From a virus: DNA of 64,000 nt. This document shows, piece after piece, positions 37,293-45,895 of the stretch. The DNA lies in IMG/VR virus record IMGVR_UViG_3300032893_000029, positions 1 to 64,000 of that record. One strand, 5' to 3'. A program made the position numbers and the translations under genes. The notes under the pieces are model-generated. The model saw only the letters and a program-made list of their open reading frames with translations, was not told the origin of the DNA and did not search any database. Numbering within the stretch: the first letter of the stretch is position 1; the number at the start of each line of letters is the position of its first letter.

Positions 37293-37907
37293 ATGCCAAT
37301 TCCACCGACAAAACACGGTCTACCAGCTATGGCCTGCGTCTCCGCGCTCCAGAAATGCATCCGCCGCGGCCTCGAGCGCGAGGCGATGGAGTTCGCCGTC
37401 GAACTCCATGAAACATCGAAGGGCTTCAATACAATGCTCTGCAATCGCCTAGAAATAATTAGTCATGAGGACATCTGCATTTTTTCGAGCCCGCACATCG
37501 TTCCTTTCGTCAAGGCGTGCTGCGATCAGGCTAGGGAGTGGTACGACCCGAAGATGCTGAAGCCCGGCAAATCCAGGATGGCGATCGGCAACGCGATCCG
37601 CATGATGGCGCGGGCACCGAAGAGCCGGGAAGGCGATCATTTTCACGTCGCCGTCGGGCTGCGCGCCGCGCTCGAACACTACGTCCCGGAAATCCCGGAT
37701 TGGGCGAACGACGGTCACACTCTCGTCGGCAAGCGCATGGGCCGCGGCCTCGACTTCTTCCGGGAAGTCTCGACGCAGCTATATCCGGCGCCGGCCGTCG
37801 CAGACCCTTACGAGGAAGAGTTTTACCGCCTTCTCGCGCTCAAAGCGCGACAGCCTAAGACGGCGACACCGGGAGACTTTCTTGGCGCGGAAGATCAAGA
37901 CGAGTAG
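37293..37907 (+). CDS. Stand-alone RarA/MgsA C-terminal-like domain
   Basis: VSALQKCIRRG..RLEIISHEDI..ARAPKSR..IPDWANDGHT..G; no ATPase domain. Confidence 0.7.
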   Translation: MPIPPTKHGLPAMACVSALQKCIRRGLEREAMEFAVELHETSKGFNTMLCNRLEIISHEDICIFSSPHIVPFVKACCDQAREWYDPKMLKPGKSRMAIGNAIRMMARAPKSREGDHFHVAVGLRAALEHYVPEIPDWANDGHTLVGKRMGRGLDFFREVSTQLYPAPAVADPYEEEFYRLLALKARQPKTATPGDFLGAEDQDE

Positions 37908-38547
37908 CCACGATATCGGCGACAAGCTGTTTGACGTCTAGGCCGTCCTGGTCACAGGTACTTTTCAGGGCCCACGTCAGGAAGTCCTGCATCGCTTCAC
38001 TGCTCTTGCGGAAGAGATCGTGGTGCCAAATCACCGGCACCGCGTTCTCGGCCGCTTTGAAGCGCAGATGTTCCGACATAAAGGTGTGTGCCGCGATCGC
38101 CCGCTGCCGGACACTGTGATGCTCGCCGACGCCGTACCCGCGGTTGTGCAGGGCCCAATAGGCGTGCTCATAGAAAGACCACACCCTGGCACGCGTCGGC
38201 GGGAACGACAGATCTGCCGGCCGCAGGAAGACGAAGCAGCGGAAGTGCCGCATGAAGAGCTCGAGCTTCATCGGCGAGAAGACTTCCTTGGTGAAGGTAA
38301 AGCCTTCCGTCCCCCACGTCTCCTTGATGCAGCGATCGGCCCGGAAATCGCCGGGATCGGCGATTTTGTCGTAGCACTCGACGAGCTCGCAGCCGAAGTG
38401 CTGCACCAGGGCCCGTTCGTGCTTGAAGTTCCGGATTGGATTAAAGAACTCCGGGGCACAGCGACAGCCCTCGATGTTCCTGGCGATCTGCTCGCCGAAC
38501 CAGGTCGACCCGCTGTTCGGCAGGCTCAGCATAAGAAGTGGTTTCAC
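37855..38547 (-). CDS. Sulfotransferase-like P-loop protein
   Basis: N-terminal LLMLSLPNSGSTWF (PAPS-binding loop-like), EFFNP, FVFLRP. Confidence 0.65.
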   Translation of the reverse strand: MKPLLMLSLPNSGSTWFGEQIARNIEGCRCAPEFFNPIRNFKHERALVQHFGCELVECYDKIADPGDFRADRCIKETWGTEGFTFTKEVFSPMKLELFMRHFRCFVFLRPADLSFPPTRARVWSFYEHAYWALHNRGYGVGEHHSVRQRAIAAHTFMSEHLRFKAAENAVPVIWHHDLFRKSSEAMQDFLTWALKSTCDQDGLDVKQLVADIVATRLDLPRQESLPVSPS

Positions 38548-38555
38548 TGGCGCCC

Positions 38556-39320
38556 CTATTTCTGTGCGGTCTTGTTCGTCCTCTTCACCGCGATGCGAAT
38601 CGCGGCGACATCCCGATTTTTAGCAAATGCCGGCGGCTTGAACGAAACGGCGTCGCCCCAGGTGTGCCGCAGAGCTCGCGACGCCTTCTCGAACTGCTCC
38701 GGGGTCACCAGACCGACATTGCCGCCGCGGCCGGAAAAGACGCGGCCACAATCGAAATAGAACCGGATGTCGGCATAGACGCAGCGGTCCTCGAGCAGCG
38801 TTTGCAGCGTCCAGTCGACATCGGCGCGACCGAAGTACTCCGGCCGGTAGTGCCGCCGGCGGGCCCGTCCCATGACGCCGAAGGCGTTGCAGACCGATTG
38901 CGTCGGCACGATCGGGCGGACATCCGGTTTGATGACTGTGGTGTTCGGCGTCCTGGAGAAGCAGAACGTCGTCAGACCGAGGTCTTTCGTGTTGCGGGCG
39001 GAGTTTTCGAGGATGGCGAGGATTTCGTCGGGACTGTGGATGTAGCGCTGAGATCCCGTCGTCACCTTGACGCCGCGGAAATCGTCATCGATTTCGATGA
39101 GAATATCCGCGCTGACGTTATCCATCATCCAGTTGATCACATAGGGCAGGCCTTCCATCGGCGGGTGGAGCAGAAGCTTGTCCTTCGGGACTTCCGACGC
39201 GTAATCCTTGGCCTCGCGCTCGTCGACGCAGATCACAGCGGAGGGAAGCAGATGCCGCAGCAGCGGCATGTTGTGGGCGCGCCGGCGGGACGGGACCACG
39301 ATCCGGTAATCGAGCTTCAT
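38556..39320 (-). CDS. GT-A glycosyltransferase (GREB1/TET-associated type)
   Basis: IVVPSRRR..ILIEIDDDF..ADVDWTLQ..GGN. Confidence 0.8.
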   Translation of the reverse strand: MKLDYRIVVPSRRRAHNMPLLRHLLPSAVICVDEREAKDYASEVPKDKLLLHPPMEGLPYVINWMMDNVSADILIEIDDDFRGVKVTTGSQRYIHSPDEILAILENSARNTKDLGLTTFCFSRTPNTTVIKPDVRPIVPTQSVCNAFGVMGRARRRHYRPEYFGRADVDWTLQTLLEDRCVYADIRFYFDCGRVFSGRGGNVGLVTPEQFEKASRALRHTWGDAVSFKPPAFAKNRDVAAIRIAVKRTNKTAQK

Positions 39321-39474
39321 TTTGCTATCATAACCAAAACATTCGCCATCAGCGTTGTTGCCGCGGTCGCGAGGCAGGTAAGCAACAGTCGGTCGAATCC
39401 GCGCCAACCGAACCCATTAAAAACATCGGACCAGAAGGCGCCGAGCAGGAACAGGCAGATATACGATTCGGCTG

Positions 39475-40146
39475 TCATTTCTTCGGCTCCAGCAGCTTCA
39501 GCAATGTTTCGGCGCGGATCGCGCGCGATGTCCCCATCCGGCCGCGGCGCTTCTCCGGCTTCAAGCCGAACTTGTCGCAGAGCACGTTGAACTCGTGCGT
39601 CGTCGACGCCAGGACAACGAAGAAGTCGTAATGCTCGTGCGGTTGCAGCGCCATTCCAGGGACTTCAACGGACTCTTCGTCTTCTTCGTCTTCCTCTTCC
39701 TTCGCCAGCTTGTGACCGATGTCGGCGAGCAGCCGGCGGATTTCGGCGTTGGTTTCGTCGCGGGCCTTCTCGAGCAGAGCGGCAAGCTTTTCCTTGTTGC
39801 CCTTCGCCATCTGCGAGATCGGATCGTAGGTCAGCAAAATCTTGTCGGCCTCTTCGTCGTTAAGATCGACGATGAGAACCGGAACCTCCTGGTCATCGAG
39901 GATGTCGCTTCTGAGATGCCCGTCGAGCAGTTCGAACCCATCGTCGACTTTGCGGGCGACAACGGCGCCGACGATGCCGATTTCCTTCAGGATTCCGGTC
40001 AACGCGCCTTTCTGGCTTTCCGGATGGACGCGCCAGTTCTTCTTGTTGCGCTTGAGCTCTTTGCCTTTGATGCGGCGGAAATCGACGATGCGGTCACGAA
40101 AGGCCGTGCTGACTTCGGGAGCGGGTTTCGGTTTCGGCTTTGTCAT
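39475..40146 (-). CDS. ParB/Srx N-terminal domain protein (modification-associated type)
   Basis: NWRVHP..EIGIVGAVV..LLDGHLR; acidic linker. Confidence 0.8.
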   Translation of the reverse strand: MTKPKPKPAPEVSTAFRDRIVDFRRIKGKELKRNKKNWRVHPESQKGALTGILKEIGIVGAVVARKVDDGFELLDGHLRSDILDDQEVPVLIVDLNDEEADKILLTYDPISQMAKGNKEKLAALLEKARDETNAEIRRLLADIGHKLAKEEEDEEDEESVEVPGMALQPHEHYDFFVVLASTTHEFNVLCDKFGLKPEKRRGRMGTSRAIRAETLLKLLEPKK

Positions 40147-40157
40147 TGCATGGCCCC

Positions 40158-40712
40158 TCAGATGGAAATCTCGCTTCGAAAACGCTTGTAATCACCGCCG
40201 CATGGCTCGACGAAAGACGCCCACGGCATTCGCTTCATCATCGAGGAATCGTCGACGCGCAGAACGCCGGCGCGCCGCGCGTCTGGTCTGAGCGCAAAAA
40301 CCCATCGATCCTTCGTCGCTTGCTGCTTGCCCTCCGTCCATGAACCGTTGCCGGTTGGGGGGGGGCGGAGACGATGCCATGTCGGCGCCCACGCCCAATT
40401 GCAGGCTCGATAGAGCGCGCCGGTATGGCCTTGCGACGGATCTGAATAGCTGACCACAGTCGTCGCTTCGACGTGAGAGCGCGCCCACTTCGCAAAGCGA
40501 GACCATTGACGCGATCCTGCATTCGGTTCGCCGAGCAGGCACCATCTGACCAGCTCGAGCCAATCACCAGGAAGCTTGCGCGATCGCGGAGACGAAAACA
40601 GCATGACGCCAAATTCGTCTTTCCATCCGAATGTCGCTGTCTTCGTCGGACCGAGATAGTGACGCCCGACCAGGACACGATTGCACTCTTCAACGCTCGC
40701 CAGCACTTGCAT
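40158..40712 (-). CDS. mom: Mom-like GNAT-fold DNA modification protein
   Basis: HYLG..LELVRW..VVSYSD..GHTGALYRACNW. Confidence 0.75.
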   Translation of the reverse strand: MQVLASVEECNRVLVGRHYLGPTKTATFGWKDEFGVMLFSSPRSRKLPGDWLELVRWCLLGEPNAGSRQWSRFAKWARSHVEATTVVSYSDPSQGHTGALYRACNWAWAPTWHRLRPPPTGNGSWTEGKQQATKDRWVFALRPDARRAGVLRVDDSSMMKRMPWASFVEPCGGDYKRFRSEISI

Positions 40713-40726
40713 CCCTCGTCATTCTC

Positions 40727-40762
40727 AAAAAAGAAAAGGACCGGCGGTTATCCCGCCGGTCC
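40727..40762 (-). terminator. Rho-independent terminator upstream of the mom cluster
   Basis: GGACCGGCGG/CCGCCGGTCC hairpin followed by a T-rich tract on the minus strand. Confidence 0.65.
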
Positions 40763-40879
40763 CTCTGGAAGATGCGTTTCGTTCGCGAGAATCGCGATGT
40801 GAGAACCGTGCCTACATGACGTTCTCCTTTCGCTCTAGCTTCTGGGACCGGCGCACCGGTCCTTGGGTGCCTGGAAAGA

Positions 40880-41119
40880 CTAGGCCAGGTGATCGTCGAA
40901 ACCAAGCACGGCATCGACGAGCTCGGCGCCATAGATGTAGATAAGCCGTTTCCTCGACATACCGCCGCGGCGGTAGTGGTTAATCGAGGCGATGTCCTTG
41001 TTGCGGCGTTCCAAGCTGGCATTGAGAAGAAATTCCTCTTCGCGTCGGCGTTCTTCGGCGGACATCGGCTCCGGACGCCGGTGACGGGCGATCTTTGCCG
41101 CGGAAACCTCAGACGCCAT
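40880..41119 (-). CDS. Hypothetical protein
   Basis: ORF in operon. Confidence 0.5.
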   Translation of the reverse strand: MASEVSAAKIARHRRPEPMSAEERRREEEFLLNASLERRNKDIASINHYRRGGMSRKRLIYIYGAELVDAVLGFDDHLA

Positions 41120-41555
41120 CACCTTGCTCGACAGCACTGCCGGCGTTCGGCTCGACTTCTCCTGGCAGGAATTCGCCGGCGGCAGGATCGGCCGCGGCGC
41201 CGTTGACAGCGGCGAGCGGCGGGATCTGCGGGGCATCGACGATGTCTTCCGGTTTTGGTTGCCATTGAGCCAGTGCGGCCTGAAGAGCCGGGTGGCGCCA
41301 GCAGAGATCGTTGGTCTTGTGAACCTGTGGATAGACCGTGCGTAACTGCGTCGACTGCTTGCCGTTCGGCAGCGCGAGCGGAAGCAGCATGACGCGCGGC
41401 GGATCGGCTCGGCAGATCCGATTGGTGAAGTCGACGACGCCGCCGGGTCGTATTCCGGGATTCGACATCGGGCAATTGCCGCAGTTTGCGGCGTAGTGTT
41501 TCTGCGGCGCGCCAGCGGCGGCTTTCTCGGCTTCGACGTTCTGCTCTTCGGTCAT
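41109..41555 (-). CDS. Hypothetical Cys-rich protein
   Basis: CGNC..CRADPP..YPQV..CWRH. Confidence 0.6.
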   Translation of the reverse strand: MTEEQNVEAEKAAAGAPQKHYAANCGNCPMSNPGIRPGGVVDFTNRICRADPPRVMLLPLALPNGKQSTQLRTVYPQVHKTNDLCWRHPALQAALAQWQPKPEDIVDAPQIPPLAAVNGAAADPAAGEFLPGEVEPNAGSAVEQGDGV

Positions 41556-41608
41556 TCGTGCTCTCCTCTTTCTGTCTCTGACGTACTTCGGGACGAAACG
41601 CGGCATGG

Positions 41609-42691
41609 TTATTTTTCCTCCGCAAGCCGGATGACGACATCCTGGCCGTATTCGCGATCGAGCCTGGTCCGGTAATTATTCCGGACCCAACTGGCGCGAA
41701 ACGCTTTGGTGTAGACGAACTCGACGGACTTGCCATCCTCGACGACTTCGCAATCGGCGAACCAACTCAGGATTTCTGCGCTTTCGATTCCGGCGTGAAG
41801 CAGCCGGCCGACGTGATGGCCGATGCGGGCCCGCAGCCGATCGAGCTCGATGTCGATGTCATGCTTCGGCGCCATCTGTTCGAGATAGCCCTTGTAGGCG
41901 CCTTCGCGGAGCCAGGTCCGCGGATGCTGGACGAGAAGCGGGCCCGCCGATGACGGCCGGCGCTCGTTCTCCTCTTCGATCCAGCGGCCGTGCGCGTCGA
42001 TCGCGGCGATCATTTCTGCCGGCGTCGGCGGCGACTTCGAAAGCTGGATCGACTGGTAGGCCTGTTTCGCCGCCTCTTCGGATGAATCCCTCCGGAAGCC
42101 CGGCCAGCGCCGGAAGGCCGCCCAGATCTGGTCCCATGTCGGGACCGGTGGCGATGCTGTCTTTTCCGTCCCGAAAAGCGGCATCTCACTCTCTCCCCCT
42201 AGAGAGTTAAGGGACGGTTCTTCTGACGGTTCTCTATATGCGCTGTCGGATTCTGCACCCTTTCGTGTCGGCATCTGCACCGTTTGGGTCGGACTACGGT
42301 GCAGATTCTGCATCCTTTTTTTCCTTCGTTTCTGGAACCTACAGGCGTCGCAGTCGGGATTTTCCTGCTCGTGCAAACCCTGCAATTCCTGCACCCTTTC
42401 TAAGTCTATGACGTAGTGAACGAATCGGCTCCGGCCACCGAGATTGACCCCCTCCCCGATTGGCATCCCGTCCTCGTCGACCCGGATGATGATGCCGTCT
42501 TCCCGAAGCCGTTTCAGGGCATCCTGGGTCGCCCGAACGGATTGGCGGCACTTCGCAGCGAGATATTCGACACTTGGGAAGATGTTCTCGCCGTTATGGT
42601 CGCCAGCATCGGCGAGTGCGAGAAGGACGAGAAGCTGTCCCCCCTGGTAAAGGCATGTCCTCCAGATATCGGTCATGACCTGGATGCTCAT
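41609..42691 (-). CDS. Replication initiator (winged-HTH, lambda O-like organisation)
   Basis: LLVLLALAD..FPSVEYLAAKC..SVRATQDAL; HPRTWL; internal iteron-like repeats. Confidence 0.8.
   Translation of the reverse strand: MSIQVMTDIWRTCLYQGGQLLVLLALADAGDHNGENIFPSVEYLAAKCRQSVRATQDALKRLREDGIIIRVDEDGMPIGEGVNLGGRSRFVHYVIDLERVQELQGLHEQENPDCDACRFQKRRKKRMQNLHRSPTQTVQMPTRKGAESDSAYREPSEEPSLNSLGGESEMPLFGTEKTASPPVPTWDQIWAAFRRWPGFRRDSSEEAAKQAYQSIQLSKSPPTPAEMIAAIDAHGRWIEEENERRPSSAGPLLVQHPRTWLREGAYKGYLEQMAPKHDIDIELDRLRARIGHHVGRLLHAGIESAEILSWFADCEVVEDGKSVEFVYTKAFRASWVRNNYRTRLDREYGQDVVIRLAEEK
42251..42400. repeat. Iteron-like repeats (putative origin)
   Basis: CTGCACCCTTT-like units at 42251, 42273, 42306 and 42387, plus an inverted copy near 42297. 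Confidence 0.55.
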
Positions 42692-43038
42692 GGGCGATCG
42701 ACCTTCCAGGAAAGTCGATAAGTGTGCGCAGAAAACGGGTGCCAACTGATTCGGCCGCCAATCTTCGTTCTATTCTTTCGAATGACGTAACCGGCTCTGA
42801 CCAGACGATTGATTGAGCGCGCGATAGTGGCGCGATCTACACAGACAGCAGCAGCCATTTTTGTTTGGCTAACCCGGCACCAGTTTTTCTTTCGAGCCAA
42901 CAGGATCAAAAAACAGAGCACCCGCAGATCGTTGCGTTTTAGCGTCGGATCACTGCAAGCACCGAATGGCACCGCGATCTGCGCAGGCGGACGGCCAAAA
43001 AATTTCGGATCGGTTCTGAATTTTGCGGCGCGGGTCAC
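42688..43038 (-). CDS. Winged-HTH protein
   Basis: SQTKMAAAVCVDRATIARSINRLVRAGY. Confidence 0.7.
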   Translation of the reverse strand: MTRAAKFRTDPKFFGRPPAQIAVPFGACSDPTLKRNDLRVLCFLILLARKKNWCRVSQTKMAAAVCVDRATIARSINRLVRAGYVIRKNRTKIGGRISWHPFSAHTYRLSWKVDRP

Positions 43039-43823
43039 AGCATCGACCCCTGGCGTTTCGGGTCCGGTGTGACCGCTTCCGCCGGCATCCACTTAGCCGA
43101 TTTGTCCTTGATCTCGGCATAGACCCGGGGATGCTGCGCGCGGAATCGCGGCATCTGCCGGCCTTCGAAAAGCTTGCCGTCCTCGACGCGAAGCCATTCC
43201 TGCGCGATCCAGCGGCGGACATCGATGTTGAGCGCCTTGAAATCGGCACGGGTCACATGACCTCTGAGCTCGAGGATGACCGCGATCTTCAGTGCGCGGA
43301 CTTTCCAGTCCGTCAATTGCACCGGCGCTTTGCTGCCGGCGATGACATCCGGCACGAAATCCGGAAGTCTGCACCGCCGATACGGCGCCCGCTCGTGCCA
43401 GGCCTCCGACCAGATTCCGGTGTCGTCGATCGCTGGGAGCACGGGATCGAAAGCACCGCTGTAGCGGAATTTCAGATCGCCGTGCCCTTCCGGCCAGCAC
43501 CGCAGAATTGTCAGACCGAGATATTCGCAGATGCGTTCGAGCTTTTGCAGCCCAACATACGCCGGGACCAGAACGGCACGGCAATCCGGACCGTTGCGGT
43601 CGAAATAGCTGTTTCCCAGCGCCTGGTTGATGACATCGAGATTCATCGCCATCTTGGCCTGAATCCCGATCTGGAATCCGTCAACTTTCCTGACCAGAAG
43701 GATGTCCCAGCCGGCGGTTTCGTTGTAGGCGATCCAGGCCTCGCCGATGAGCGATGTGAAGCGGGCGCACAACGCGGCCTCGCTTTCGAACTTCGGCTCT
43801 TCGGTCCTGACCCCCTTTCGCAT
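43035..43823 (-). CDS. PD-(D/E)XK-like hypothetical protein
   Basis: YNETAGWDILL..IGIQAK. Confidence 0.55.
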   Translation of the reverse strand: MRKGVRTEEPKFESEAALCARFTSLIGEAWIAYNETAGWDILLVRKVDGFQIGIQAKMAMNLDVINQALGNSYFDRNGPDCRAVLVPAYVGLQKLERICEYLGLTILRCWPEGHGDLKFRYSGAFDPVLPAIDDTGIWSEAWHERAPYRRCRLPDFVPDVIAGSKAPVQLTDWKVRALKIAVILELRGHVTRADFKALNIDVRRWIAQEWLRVEDGKLFEGRQMPRFRAQHPRVYAEIKDKSAKWMPAEAVTPDPKRQGSML

Positions 43824-43827
43824 CCCG

Positions 43828-44028
43828 TCAGCTCCGATAGATGCGGCGATTGCGTTTCGGTCTCGGCACGCCGGCGTCGTCAAGAATCTTTGCGATGGTC
43901 ATCATGCCGCGCCCCATGCGTGTGGCGATGGTCGACACGGCGAGATCGTGCGGCGGCTTCGCCAGCGCGATGATGCGATCGCGTTCTTTCTCGTCGATCG
44001 GTGGCAATGTCCGATAGGCGCCGCTCAT
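43828..44028 (-). CDS. Small HTH protein
   Basis: STIATRMGRGMMTIAKILDDAGV. Confidence 0.55.
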   Translation of the reverse strand: MSGAYRTLPPIDEKERDRIIALAKPPHDLAVSTIATRMGRGMMTIAKILDDAGVPRPKRNRRIYRS

Positions 44029-44600
44029 CAGACCGCTCCCTGATCGAAGAGCCCGACCTGGTCGCCCCAGTTGTCCCAGCCGGCGCGATCCGTTCTGGTG
44101 AACAGATCGGCGCGATTGACCAAGTTCCAGCAATGGGCGTCGACCATCGCGTAAAATTCTTCGGGCTTGCGGGAATGCTCGCGGGCCAGACCTTCGAATG
44201 TCGACGGAAACGGCTTGTGCTGCGGCGAGCCCGTGGTTGCGAGAAGAATCGGCTCGTGCATCGTCCGGACGCGATAGCCGGTCCCCATTCGGTTCTTGTT
44301 GTTGACGGTCTTTTTGAGCCAGACGATCTCGCTCTTCGGCACAAAGCCCCATGTCCGCACGATGTCCGTCGCGATGCCTTCGGCCATCGCCCAGCCCGTG
44401 GTCCAGAACAGCAGGAGGCAGTCCTTGCTGGCGAGCTCGCCAACCGGAAGGGCCTTGATGTCGGCCAGCGGCATGACCTTGTAATGGGGATCGGCACCCT
44501 TGGCGGTACCGGCGTCGGAATAGTTTTTGAAATCCAGCGGAACATCGGCAACAATCAACTCGTAGCCGAACATCCGCAGTCCGCCGAACTGCCAACTCAT
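44028..44600 (-). CDS. MT-A70-family methyltransferase (motif IV variant DVPL)
   Basis: HYKVM..IKALPV..LFWTT..WGF..W.K..GTGY..E..REHSRKP. Confidence 0.85.
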   Translation of the reverse strand: MSWQFGGLRMFGYELIVADVPLDFKNYSDAGTAKGADPHYKVMPLADIKALPVGELASKDCLLLFWTTGWAMAEGIATDIVRTWGFVPKSEIVWLKKTVNNKNRMGTGYRVRTMHEPILLATTGSPQHKPFPSTFEGLAREHSRKPEEFYAMVDAHCWNLVNRADLFTRTDRAGWDNWGDQVGLFDQGAV

Positions 44601-44772
44601 CGCACACGCTCCTTCGCGAGCGCTGCCATCTGTCCGTGATTCGCCGGACCCACGGCAAGGGGGTCCATCGCGTTTCGTTCCGGAAAAATTTCTAGCTGGC
44701 CTACGCAAAACAAAGGGGCGCCTCCCGGCTGATCCCGGGAAGACACCCCAGCATTACCCCCGACGCTGCTTC

Positions 44773-44976
44773 TTAAGCGGCAGCGATTCGTTCGTATTCG
44801 ACTGGCTTCCGGCGCAGGCCGAGCGGCTCGAGGACGCTGTCCCCGGGCTCGGATTTTTCGTTGAGGACATCGGAAACGTACTGCTTGGAGACGCCGTTCT
44901 TGGTCGCCCAGGCCGTGAGCGATCCTTCCGCTTCGACCGCCCGCCGGAGGATTCTTCGCACTTCCGCAGCTTTCAT
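44773..44976 (-). CDS. Cro-like HTH regulator
   Basis: SLTAWATKNGVSKQYVSDVLNEK.EPG; divergent from 45073. Confidence 0.75.
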   Translation of the reverse strand: MKAAEVRRILRRAVEAEGSLTAWATKNGVSKQYVSDVLNEKSEPGDSVLEPLGLRRKPVEYERIAAA

Positions 44977-45072
44977 CGCCTATCCGTCCGTAACCGTATT
45001 GACATTGGCTAGCCGAAATCGGTACTGAAATCAACAGGGCGATTCCCGCAGAGCAGGAAAAGGGGCGAGCCG

Positions 45073-45312
45073 ATGTCAGACAAGACCGTCCGGCTGGATC
45101 AATTCAGGCAGAAACGCCTGCGGGAAACCACGCGGGCCCGCTTCATCGATGAGGCCATCGAGGAGGTCGACATGCTAAAACGGCACCTCGAGACGATTCG
45201 CTCTGGCAAGACCAAGGAAATCGACCGCCAGATCACGCTGATCCAGGCCAAGCTGTCTGCGGCCTCGATCGAAGGGCTGCTCGATGCCGCCCGCGCGATG
45301 GGCAAGCCTTAA
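45073..45312 (+). CDS. Hypothetical protein
   Basis: First gene after a TTGACA-containing divergent intergenic region. Confidence 0.6.
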   Translation: MSDKTVRLDQFRQKRLRETTRARFIDEAIEEVDMLKRHLETIRSGKTKEIDRQITLIQAKLSAASIEGLLDAARAMGKP

Positions 45313-45680
45313 TGACGACGAGGGGAACCATGCTTGACACCGACGACATCTTCACGGCGCAAAAGGCGCTGTACTACGGCCATATCACGCAAGACGAATT
45401 CTGCGAACTTCTCGATGCCGGCGGTCTCGGCGCCGCTGCGATCGGGGAATATCTCGATGCCGTCAGGCTCGCCATCCGGGACAAATATGCCCTGCGCCGG
45501 CCGGCTCCGACGCGGCAAGGCGACATCGATTACGACCTCGTGCTTGCCGGGTCATGTTCAGATCCGCTCCGGCGGCAGGGAAGCCTCTTCGCCAGATCGG
45601 TCCGGCTTGTCATGGAGGCCGTTGTCATCACCGCGATCGTGCTGGCGGCGCTGGCCTATATCTGCTTCGGCGGGCGCTGA
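45312..45680 (+). CDS. Hypothetical membrane protein
   Basis: C-terminal transmembrane helix. Confidence 0.55.
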   Translation: MTTRGTMLDTDDIFTAQKALYYGHITQDEFCELLDAGGLGAAAIGEYLDAVRLAIRDKYALRRPAPTRQGDIDYDLVLAGSCSDPLRRQGSLFARSVRLVMEAVVITAIVLAALAYICFGGR

Positions 45681-45895
45681 TGGCGGATGTCGATAAAATC
45701 GAAGCCGGCTGGCGCGAATACGCCGAAAACGTTCTGCCGGCAGAGGTCGGCGAAGAACAGAGAATCACGATGAAGATGGCTTACTTCGCCGGAAGCCTGC
45801 GAATGGCCCGGCTGATCAGCGAAGGCTTTACGAAAGAAGAAATCATCGCGTCGCATCTTAAGCATCTTGAAGATTGCCGCACAGGGAAACTCTGA
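45680..45895 (+). CDS. Hypothetical protein
   Basis: TGATG coupling; QRITMKMAYFAG. Confidence 0.6.
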   Translation: MADVDKIEAGWREYAENVLPAEVGEEQRITMKMAYFAGSLRMARLISEGFTKEEIIASHLKHLEDCRTGKL

